In this document: positions 56,562 to 64,000 of the stretch, in pieces | How positions within the stretch are numbered: position 1 is the stretch's first letter | How the letters are laid out: the number at the start of each line of letters is the position of its first letter | Assembly (NCBI GenBank): GCA_963735785.1 | Contig: CAVTMH010000003.1 | Coordinates: 293,708-357,707 of the forward strand | Reading direction: 5' to 3' | Source of the DNA: an uncultured Chloroflexia bacterium | GTDB lineage: Bacteria > Chloroflexota > Limnocylindria > Limnocylindrales > CSP1-4 | DNA: 64,000 nucleotides | Program-made: the position numbers and the translations under genes | The notes under the pieces: model-generated | Seen by the model: the letters and a program-made list of their open reading frames with translations, nothing else | The model's database searches: none | What the model was told of the DNA's origin: nothing

Positions 56562-56746
56562 TGTGGCTCCTTCCTACCGGGTCGAGGCGGTGAGCGCATC
56601 GAACATCGGCTCGGTCGGGGCCGGATGACACCGCGTGCTTGGGGGCGCGCGGGCTGGGACGTCCGGCAGCGACTGGGCTTCGGGCCGGGCTGACGACCGT
56701 TGCTCGCCGGCCTCCCGGGGCGGCCCACGATAGGGCCAGACGGCGC

Positions 56747-57295
56747 TCAGGGCAAGGGGACTTTGGTCGTGTCGGTCGCGTGGGTCGCGAGGAACGCAGC
56801 GACCCGGTCGAGGGCGTCATCGAGCACCGGCAGGAGCCCGTGTCCGACCTTCGGGTACGTCACGAGCTCCGCCTTACCGCCGAGTCGCTGGACGGCCACT
56901 CGCAGGAGGTCGGTCTTGGCGAATGGGTCGGCCTCACCGGACAGGAGCAGGACCGGACAGCGGATCCGGGGCCAATGGGCGGTCCTTGCATCCGCCTTGT
57001 CCGGCGACCCCGGCGGATGCAGCGGGTAGCAGAAGAGCACCAGGGCCGCGTATGGCGCGCCGGGTTCGGCGGCCGCGAGACTGGCGACCCGGCCGCCGTA
57101 GGACTGCCCGCCGACGACGGCCCACGGCTCGCGCGGCACGACCCCGTGGAAGGCCGCGACCGCATCCTCGGCACGCCGCTTGGGCAGGTCGATGGCGGAC
57201 GCGGCGATCCCCCTGGACTGGAGGCCGTTGACGTACGGTGTCATGCTGGCGGCCGACCCAGACGCCCCGTGCCCCAGGAAACAGCGGAGTTCCAC
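56747..57295 (-). CDS. alpha/beta hydrolase (dienelactone-hydrolase-like, KANL3/Tex30-type)
   Basis: The translation contains VELRCFLGHGASGSAAS…VVGGQSYGGRVASL…CPVLLLSGEADPFA. The GTG start at 57295 is a guess. The ATG at 57406 is an alternative. Confidence 0.6.
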   Translation of the reverse strand: MELRCFLGHGASGSAASMTPYVNGLQSRGIAASAIDLPKRRAEDAVAAFHGVVPREPWAVVGGQSYGGRVASLAAAEPGAPYAALVLFCYPLHPPGSPDKADARTAHWPRIRCPVLLLSGEADPFAKTDLLRVAVQRLGGKAELVTYPKVGHGLLPVLDDALDRVAAFLATHATDTTKVPLP

Positions 57296-57404
57296 CGCGA
57301 CAGCGTAGCCCTCTGGTGGGCCGGGTGCTACCGAGCCGGGGCCGGTCCGTGCGGGTCGACGACACACGCATCGGGCCGCGCGACGCCCGTAGCTGAAGGA
57401 CCGC

Positions 57405-58754
57405 ATGACACTCGTGCCGAGCCGTTCACCCGTTCGTCGAAGGGCGCTCGTCGCCCTCGTGGCGACGCTGGCGATCGTCGCCGGGGTGGCCGCAGCTCGA
57501 CCGGCTACGGCACGTGCAGCAGACCCGCTGCCGGCAGGCGCGACCCCGGTCGGCGCGACCGTCACGATCCACGGCCGCGGCTACGGTCACGGCGTGGGCA
57601 TGAGCCAGCACGGCGCGCGGGGCCGCGCCCTGACCGGGGCGTCGTCGAGCGCGATCCTGGCCCACTACTATCGCGGCGCCACGATCGGGTCGGTCGCGCT
57701 GGACACGCCCATCCGCGTGCGCGTGCTCGGCGATTTCCGGGCATCAGCGACGCGCCCGCTCGTCCTGATCGGCCGGCGCGACGGATGGCGGTTCGACGGC
57801 AGCGAGACGGTCTACCCGCGCGACACACGGATCGAGGTCCGGCCGACGGTCGTCTCGACGAGCAGCGGGAGCAAGGTCACGTGGCGGGTCAAGGTCATCG
57901 GTCCGACCGGGGCGAGCCTCCGCGCCGGAAGCATCGAAACGTTCCGCCTTCGGGGCGTCAGCGCATCGACGGTCTTCCAGGTCGATTCTCGGACCTCGTC
58001 GTATGACACGTATCGGGGCGTCCTGCGGGTGGGCCTGCAGGGCGGCGCCCCGAAGGCCAGCGTGACCAACGAGCTGTCGCTCGAGCGCTACCTGCGAGGC
58101 GTCGTGCCGGCCGAGATGCCGTCGACCTGGCCGACCGAGGCGCTCAAGGCGCAATCGATCGCTGCGCGCTCGTATGCCGCCCGCCGCCTGCGACCCGGGG
58201 TCTCCTATTACGACGTGCTGGATGACTCGAGCAGCCAGGTCTACCTCGGGCTCGAGGGCGAGAAGGCGGCGACGACGGCCACGATCCGCGCCACCGCCGG
58301 TGTCGTGCTGAAGAGCGGTTCCGCGTTCGCCAACACCCTGTTCCACTCGGCCGGCGGCGGCGCGACCGAGCACAACGAGAACGTGTACGTGAATGCCGCG
58401 GGGACGAAGGTGGCGAGCCCCGTCAGCTACCTGCGCGGCTCGCGCGACCGGCGCCCCGACGGGACGGCCTACGACTCGTCGTCGCCGTACGCAACCTGGA
58501 AGACATCGGCCTACACGCGCGCCCAGCTCTCGACGTGGTTCGGCCGCGACAGCCGGACCCGGGTCGGCACGCTCACGGCCCTGGATCTGCGCGACCGCGG
58601 CGTTTCGGGGCGGCTCATCAGCGTGACGTTGATCGGCTCGGCAGGGACGAAGAAGGTCTCGGGCGAAGTGTTCCGCTCCGTCTTCAACGCCAACCGACCG
58701 ACGGGCGACCCGCAGATGCGCAGCACGCTCTTCGCCCTCAAACCCGTGCCGTAG
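57405..58754 (+). CDS. SpoIID/LytB domain protein (peptidoglycan amidase activator-like), secreted
   Basis: The signal reads RRRALVALVATLAIVAGVAAARPATARA. The translation contains …GHGVGMSQHGARGRA…LSLERYLRGVVPAEMPSTWPTEALKAQSIAARSYA…. Confidence 0.85.
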   Translation: MTLVPSRSPVRRRALVALVATLAIVAGVAAARPATARAADPLPAGATPVGATVTIHGRGYGHGVGMSQHGARGRALTGASSSAILAHYYRGATIGSVALDTPIRVRVLGDFRASATRPLVLIGRRDGWRFDGSETVYPRDTRIEVRPTVVSTSSGSKVTWRVKVIGPTGASLRAGSIETFRLRGVSASTVFQVDSRTSSYDTYRGVLRVGLQGGAPKASVTNELSLERYLRGVVPAEMPSTWPTEALKAQSIAARSYAARRLRPGVSYYDVLDDSSSQVYLGLEGEKAATTATIRATAGVVLKSGSAFANTLFHSAGGGATEHNENVYVNAAGTKVASPVSYLRGSRDRRPDGTAYDSSSPYATWKTSAYTRAQLSTWFGRDSRTRVGTLTALDLRDRGVSGRLISVTLIGSAGTKKVSGEVFRSVFNANRPTGDPQMRSTLFALKPVP

Positions 58755-58765
58755 CTCGGCAGCGC

Positions 58766-59359
58766 ATGACCGACGGACTCGCACGGTGCTGGTGGTCCGG
58801 CACGGGCGGTGTGCAGGCCGACCCGCGGATGGTCGCCTATCACGACGACGAGTGGGGCGTGCCGTGCCACGACGACGTGGAGCTGTTCGAGCGCCTCGCG
58901 CTCGAGTCCTTCCAGGCCGGCCTGTCGTGGTCGACGATCCTGCAACAAGCGCGGCGCGTTCCGAGAGGCGTTCGGCGGGTTCGTCCCGAGCGTCGTGGCG
59001 GGGTTCGACGACGGCGACCGTGCGCGCCTGATGGCGGATGCCGGCATCGTCCGCAACCGCGCCAAGATCGACGCGACGATCGGGAACGCGACCGCGTTGC
59101 TGGCGACGGCCGGGGCGTTCGGCTCGTTCGACGCGTATCTCGCGAGCATGGTGCCCCCGCCACCGGCTCGGTTGCCGGCCTTGGCGACGAGCGCGGACGT
59201 GCCCGCCACCACGCCGGCGTCGGACGCCCTGTCGCGCGGACCTGCGCCGGCGGGGCTTTCGGTTCGTCGGCTCGACGATCGTGTACGCCTTCATGCAGAG
59301 CGTCGGGCCTCGTCGACGACCACGTACCGGGTTGTTTCCGCTACGGCGTGACACGCTAG
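58766..59359 (+). pseudogene. tag: DNA-3-methyladenine glycosylase I (Tag), 3 frame breaks
   Basis: MTDGLARCWWSGTGGVQADPRMVAYHDDEWGVPCHDDVELFERLALESFQAGLSWSTILQ is in the first frame. KRGAFREAFGGFVPSVVAGFDDGDRARLMADAGIVRNRAKIDATIGNATALL is in a second. DLRRRGFRFVGSTIVYAFMQSVG is in a third. …LVDDHVPGCFRY returns to the first. Confidence 0.6.
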
Positions 59360-59435
59360 CTGTCACGGACGCCATCGAGACTCCGGGCCAGGACCAGCCG
59401 GCCACACACCGGCGCCGCAGCAAGGAGTCACCCCG

Positions 59436-59573
59436 ATGTTCACCGTCGATTGCCCACTCTGCGCGGGCGAGGCCAGCGCGGACGAGGCCCTGACGCTCGT
59501 CACGTGCGACGGCTGCGGGGCAGTCGCCGAGATCGCACCGGATCCCGTCGTCGCCCTCGACGCCGTCGCCTAG
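59436..59573 (+). CDS. 45-aa CxxC-x16-CxxC zinc-ribbon protein
   Basis: AAGGAG sits 9 nt before the ATG. The peptide is MFTVDCPLCAGEASADEALTLVTCDGCGAVAEIAPDPVVALDAVA. It is absent from the ORF track because it is under 60 aa. Confidence 0.5.
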   Translation: MFTVDCPLCAGEASADEALTLVTCDGCGAVAEIAPDPVVALDAVA

Positions 59574-59634
59574 CCGGAGGACCGCGGCTGCAGCCTCGCC
59601 GTCCGAAGCGCACGCACCGGCGCGAACACGAGGC

Positions 59635-60858
59635 TCAAGCCCACGAGGCCGATCGCCCATCACGGCGATGGTCGTCGAGCCGTTCGTCAGGTCGATGAGC
59701 GCACCGCCGACGAGCAGGCCGATCGGCTGCAGCCCGAGCGAGATCGTCCGGGCCGTGCTGCCGATGCGGCCGAGCAGCGCGTCGGGCGAGTACGCGGTCC
59801 GCAGCGGTGATGTATGTCACGAGGACCATCGACTGGGCGACGCCCGATGCGAGGGCCACCGCCAGGAGCACCGGAACCTGGTCGACCAGGGCCACGACCA
59901 CGAGACAGCACCCCGTCACGAGGGTGCCACCGAGCAGGATCGACGCCACGGCCCGTCGGCTGGCGCGAGCTGTCAGCAGCGAGCCGACCACCGTGCCCAC
60001 GCCGTAGGCCGTCAGGATCAGGCCGAGGATCGCGTCCTCCTGGCCCAGGTCGCGGGTGACGTGCACGGCGAGCGCCGACACGAGCGGCGCCGTCGAGATC
60101 GACACGATGACCCCAGAAGGCGATGAGCGCGCGAAGCATCGGATGGCCAACGACGAAGTCGATGCCCTCGCGGATCTCGGTGACCAGGCTGGCCCGCGGG
60201 CGGTCGATCGGCGCCCGAAGGTCACGCCGCACGAACGCGAGCGCCAGACCAGACAGTGCGAACGAGACGGCGTCGATGGCGAGCGTCGGACCGGGACCGA
60301 TCGTCGATGACAGCACGCCCGCGATCGCCGGCCCCACGATGTAGCCCGATCGAATAGATCGCCTCGAAGATAGGAGTTCGCACGGGCGATCTGGGACCGG
60401 CCCACGAGCGCCGGCACCGATGCCGTGTAGCCGGCCAGGAAGAAGGCGCGCAGGATGCTCATCGGTGCTGCGACGATCAGGATCACGACCATCGTCGGGC
60501 CGTTCAGGAACACGCTGATCGGGATCGACGCGGTCAGGACAGCCCGCCCGAGATCGGCCAGGAACATCATCCGCTTGCGGTCGCTCCGGTCGGCGAGGGC
60601 GCCCGCGACCATCCCGAAGACGAGGTCCGGCAGCGTCTGCAGCGCGCCGACGATGCCCATGGCAAGACCCGATCCGGTCAGAGCCAGGACGAGCAACGGG
60701 AGGGCCGTGAAACTGACGGCATCGCCGAGCGCCGAGACACCCTGCGAGCCGAGCAACACCCGGAAGTCGCGGTTCGCGGCGAGAGGCTCGTCGCGGGGCG
60801 TCGCGGCGGTCACCTCACGGCGCGTGGCGGGGGACTCGGGTGATTCGCCGGCGGTCAC
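59635..60858 (-). pseudogene. MFS transporter, multiple frame breaks
   Basis: The N-terminal transmembrane segments (…DFRVLLGSQGVSALGDAVSFTALPLLVLALTGSGLAMGIVGALQTLPDLVFGMVAGALADRSDRKR…) are in the 61308 frame. The middle (…GPAIAGVLSSTIGPGPTLAIDAVSFALSGLALAFVRR…) is in the 60337 frame. The C-terminal transmembrane segments are back in the first frame. Confidence 0.5.
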
Positions 60859-60914
60859 CGGCGGATGGTACGGGAGGCGTCGCGGCCCGGTTGCGGCTGC
60901 CGTAGCATCGTGAC

Positions 60915-61601
60915 GTGGACCAGACGCGAGCGACCGTCGCGATCCTCGCCGCGGGTCGCCGGCTCGGGGCTCGGGGCCTGATCTCGGCCGGCGGAGGGCA
61001 ACCTGTCGGTCCGCCTGGACACGGAGCGCCTGCTGATCACCCCGACCGGCCGGCGCAAGGACGAGCTCGAGCCCGACGACCTCGTCGTGGTGCCGACTCG
61101 ACCCCCCGGCCCGAGCCTCGCGATCCGCGATCCGGGCTCGCGCCGTCGTCGGACCTGGCCATCCACCGTGCCGTCCATACCGCCCGACCGGACATCGAGG
61201 CGGTGGCGCACGCCCATCTGCCCGTTTCGATCGGGTTGACGCTGGCAGGCGAGGTGCCCGACCCATCGGCGCTGCCCGAGACGGCGCTCCTGCTGCCGAG
61301 CCTGCCATTCGTGGCCTACGGCGAGATGGGCAGCACGGAGCTCGCCGGCCGGATCGCCGCCGCCCTGAGCCAGGGTTCCGAGGCGCTCCCGCACGCCGTC
61401 CTCCTCGAGCGCCACGGCGCGGTCGCCGTCGGCGCGGACCTCGACGCGGCGGTCGACCGACTCGAGCTCATCGAGGTCCTCTCTCGGGCGTGGCGGGACG
61501 CGCTCCTGGTGCGGGCGGCGCGCGCCGCGCTCGACCGAGCGAGTAGCATCGAGGCGGGCCCAGACCGTCGCCGCGAGGGCGTCGGACCACAGGAGGGATG
61601 A
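60915..61601 (+). pseudogene. class II aldolase/adducin-family protein, at least 2 frame breaks
   Basis: The expected …AGGGNLSVRLDTERLLITPTGRRKDELEPDDLVVV… is readable only in a shifted frame. The segment …AVAHAHLPVSIGLTLAG…LPFVAYGEMGSTELAGRIAAAL…AVLLERHGAVAVGADLDAAVDRLELIE is in frame. Confidence 0.5.
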
Positions 61602-62263
61602 TGTCGACCCGCAAGTACCTGGCCGAGTTGCTCGGCACGTTCCTGTTCCTCACGATCGGGTACGCATCGGTGGCGGCGTTCGGTGCCGCAGAGGCGAGCG
61701 GCCTGCTCGTCGTGCCGTTCTCGTTCAGCCTCGGCCTGCTGGCGGCGATCTTCGCGGTGGGCCACATCTCGGGCGGTCACTTCAATCCGGCCGTGACAGT
61801 TGCGATGGTCCTCGACAAGCGGACGCTGGCGATGGACGCCGTCGGCTACATCGTCGCCCAGGCCATCGGCGCGATCGGCGCGGCCGCGCTCGTCCTGGTC
61901 GTCGTGGGGCAGGCATCGGTCGCCGCCGGCGTGACGAAGCCCGGCGGCGGGGTCACCGAGATCGGCGCCCTGATCCTCGAGATCGTGCTCACCGCCGGAT
62001 TCGTGGCCGTGATCCTGGCGTCCACCAAGCGCGCCCCATTGCTGGCACCGCTGGCGATCCCGCTGACCCTGGTCGCGATCCACTTCGCGTCCGCCCCGTT
62101 GTCGGGCGCGTCGGTCAATCCGGTCCGCTCGCTCGGGTCGGCGCTGGTCGGCGGCGACCTCGCCGGGCTGTGGATCTACATCGTGGCGCCGATCGTCGGG
62201 GCGGTCGTCGGCTGGGCGGTGTTCCGCGCCGTGGACGGTGGTGGCGAGGAGGCGCTCGGCTAG
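61598..62263 (+). CDS. aqpZ: aquaporin (MIP family, AqpZ-like)
   Basis: The two NPA-type boxes are HFNPAVT and SVNPVRS. Six transmembrane helices are predicted. The gene is intact. Confidence 0.9.
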   Translation: MMSTRKYLAELLGTFLFLTIGYASVAAFGAAEASGLLVVPFSFSLGLLAAIFAVGHISGGHFNPAVTVAMVLDKRTLAMDAVGYIVAQAIGAIGAAALVLVVVGQASVAAGVTKPGGGVTEIGALILEIVLTAGFVAVILASTKRAPLLAPLAIPLTLVAIHFASAPLSGASVNPVRSLGSALVGGDLAGLWIYIVAPIVGAVVGWAVFRAVDGGGEEALG

Positions 62264-62269
62264 GCGTCA

Positions 62270-62841
62270 GATCTTCGTCGAGGCTGAACCGTCGGGCGTT
62301 GCCCATCTGACCCCAGACCCGGGCCTGCGTCACGGCGAGCAGCTGGCGGATGTGGTTCCGGTCGTGATGGACCCACTCGCCAAGCAGCTCGTCCACGCGA
62401 AGCGGCCCGACATCCGGATGGACACCGGACCGGGAAAGGTCACCGACCGCCAGGCTCCGGACGAGCGCGACGCCCGTCCGCCCGGAGCGCCACGAACTCG
62501 TCGACCAGCTCCACCGGCTCGCGCAGGTGGTCCTGGCGCGCTTCCGCGACGGCCGGCGGATCCCACGACTCGAGGTCGGGCGGAAGGTCCGGCCGATCCC
62601 CGTGCGCCGCCTCGACGATCCGCCGGATCCGTCCAGCGAAGCCCCGACGCTCGGCCTCGATGAGATGCCCGACGCACTCGTTGGCGCTCCACTCCCCCGG
62701 CGCCGGCCGCCAGCCGGCCGCGCTCCCCAGGCCGGCGATCTCGCCCGAGACGATCGTCGAGCTCGCCGTCAGCAGTCCGGCGATCGTCGGCAGATCCAGG
62801 GCGGTGAGGGCATCGGCATCGGCGGCGAACGGGTCGGTCAT
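62270..62841 (-). CDS. DinB_2/DinB-like metal-dependent hydrolase-fold protein, at least one frame break near 62400
   Basis: The N-terminus (…WSANECVGHLIEAERRGFAGRIRRIV…) is in the 62841 frame. The C-terminus (…DELLGEWVHHDRNHIRQLLAVTQARVWGQ…) is in the 62396 frame. Confidence 0.5.
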
Positions 62842-63908
62842 GCGGTGGGCTCAGTGACGGGTCGCATCGTCTCGGCCATCGGGAGGCCGCGTCCGCCATC
62901 GGCCATCGCCGGCTCGGCCAGCCAGCAGGCGGCCGCCTGACCGCCGCCGACATCGATCAGCGGCGGCTCCTCCACGAGGCAGCGGTCGAACACCTTCGGG
63001 CAGCGCGGGTTGAACCGGCAGCCGGTCGGGATGTGCGCAGCGTCGGGCGTCTCACCCTTGAGGATCGTGCGGCGGGCACGCTCGCCCGCGGACGGTGGGT
63101 CGGGTGACGGCGATACCGACACGAGCGCCTGCGTGTACGGGTTCCGCGGGTTCCGGATGACCGATTCGGCCGGCCCGATCTCCATGATCTTGCCGAGGTA
63201 CATCACCGCGATGCGGTCGGCGATCACCCACGCGAGCGACAGGTCGTGGGTGATGAACAGGTACGTCAGCCCGCGCTCGCGACGCAGTTCCAGCATCAGC
63301 CGGAGCAGCTCCGTCCGGATCGAGACGTCCAGCATCGACACCGGCTCGTCGGCGACGATGAGCTCCGGCCCGATGACGAGGGCCCCGGCGATCACGACCC
63401 GCTGGCGCTGGCCGCCGGACAACTCGTGCGGATAGCGGAGCGCGTAGTCGGCGGCCGGCCGCAGCCCCACCGCATCGAGCGCGGCGAACACCCGACGATC
63501 GCGCTCGGCACGACCGAGCCCCGGCTCGTTGATGGCGAGTGGCTCGTCCACGAAGTCGAAGATCGTCTGGCGCGGATTCAGCGTCTCGTACGGATCCTGG
63601 AAGATCGGCTGGACGCGCCGTCGGTAGGCGCGCAGCGCCCGCGTCCCCCACAGCCCGCTGACATCCTGCCCGTCGAACGTCACCCGCCCGGCCGTCTGCG
63701 GCGTGAGCTTCACGATGACCCGCCCGGTCGTCGTCTTGCCGCTGCCCGACTCGCCCACCAGGGCGAGGACCTCGCCCTTCTCGAGGGTGAGGTCGATGCC
63801 ATCCACGGCCCGCACGACACCCGCGGGCCGCCGGGCGATCGTATCGAGCAGGCCGCCACGCATCGGGAAATGCACCTCGAGCCCCTCGATCCGCAGCATC
63901 TCGGTCAC
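62838..63908 (-). CDS. oligopeptide/dipeptide ABC transporter ATP-binding protein (OppF/DppF-like)
   Basis: The translation contains GESGSGKTT, LSGGQRQRVVIA and LIVADEPVSMLD. The C-terminal oligopeptide-ABC extension has a CxxC…CRFNPRCP motif. The gene is intact. Confidence 0.92.
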   Translation of the reverse strand: MTEMLRIEGLEVHFPMRGGLLDTIARRPAGVVRAVDGIDLTLEKGEVLALVGESGSGKTTTGRVIVKLTPQTAGRVTFDGQDVSGLWGTRALRAYRRRVQPIFQDPYETLNPRQTIFDFVDEPLAINEPGLGRAERDRRVFAALDAVGLRPAADYALRYPHELSGGQRQRVVIAGALVIGPELIVADEPVSMLDVSIRTELLRLMLELRRERGLTYLFITHDLSLAWVIADRIAVMYLGKIMEIGPAESVIRNPRNPYTQALVSVSPSPDPPSAGERARRTILKGETPDAAHIPTGCRFNPRCPKVFDRCLVEEPPLIDVGGGQAAACWLAEPAMADGGRGLPMAETMRPVTEPTA

Positions 63909-64000
63909 GCCGCTCCCCCGTCGGGAGCATCCGGGTCCTCGGGGCTCGGACCGACGCCGGCCGGCGGGCCGGCGTCGGGCACCGGGGCGGCGTCGAGCGG
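63905..64000 (-). CDS. 3' end of the preceding ABC ATP-binding protein gene (OppD/DppD-like); continues beyond the window
   Basis: The frame is open to the window edge on the minus strand. Its TGA overlaps the OppF-like ATG. This is the usual oppD-oppF arrangement. Confidence 0.5.
   Translation of the reverse strand, partial: PLDAAPVPDAGPPAGVGPSPEDPDAPDGGAA

Overview
This is a gene-dense, high-GC (about 70%) chromosomal window with Actinobacteria-type content. About 75 protein-coding loci sit on both strands. I found no rRNA, tRNA or CRISPR array, and no clearly mobile DNA.

Recognisable families include:
- a SigJ-like ECF sigma factor (C-terminal fragment at the window start)
- F420-linked DUF385 and LLM oxidoreductases
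- an Rv2578c-family radical SAM protein
- a PAC2 protein followed by a WYL regulator
- acyl-ACP desaturase, CspA, a DEAD-box helicase, GreA, Tag, an aquaporin, and OppD/OppF ATPases at the window end

The modules worth a closer look are:
1. A short HipA-like kinase-domain protein (32081-32867) overlapped by a DUF3037 gene (32848-33237). This is a conserved pair of unknown function.
2. A membrane-anchored SagB-type dehydrogenase co-oriented with a Vgb-like beta-propeller lipoprotein (5926-8095).
3. A roughly 1800-aa sensor kinase with many GAF and PAS domains, followed by a receiver-only response regulator and a LuxR-type response regulator (42548-49281).
4. An operon encoding a secreted NEW3-repeat protein, an ABC ATPase with a (PVE)n tail, and an ABC-2 permease (24203-27671).
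5. A GMC oxidoreductase ATGA-coupled to a Tat-signal small subunit (3096-5357).
6. A MocR-type regulator divergent from a 51-aa hydrophobic peptide gene, with four ATTGGACT repeats and a terminator (35433-35756).
7. Two small CxxC…CxxC zinc-ribbon proteins, one with a Gly/Ser/Tyr-rich linker (15362-15733, 59436-59573).
8. A GreA domain fused in frame to an unrelated roughly 200-aa N-terminal domain (41253-42524).
9. Two secreted proteins that share a paralogous C-terminal module. One of them carries an Rpf-like transglycosylase domain (55718-56561).

A dominant feature is frame breakage. Single breaks occur in several otherwise well-conserved genes, some at homopolymers. A roughly 13-kb stretch (49.5-62.9 kb) holds about 12 genes with one to more than five frame breaks each, interleaved with intact genes. 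This pattern points to an indel-prone assembly, or possibly a decaying region, and it must be resolved with reads before any pseudogene call is trusted.
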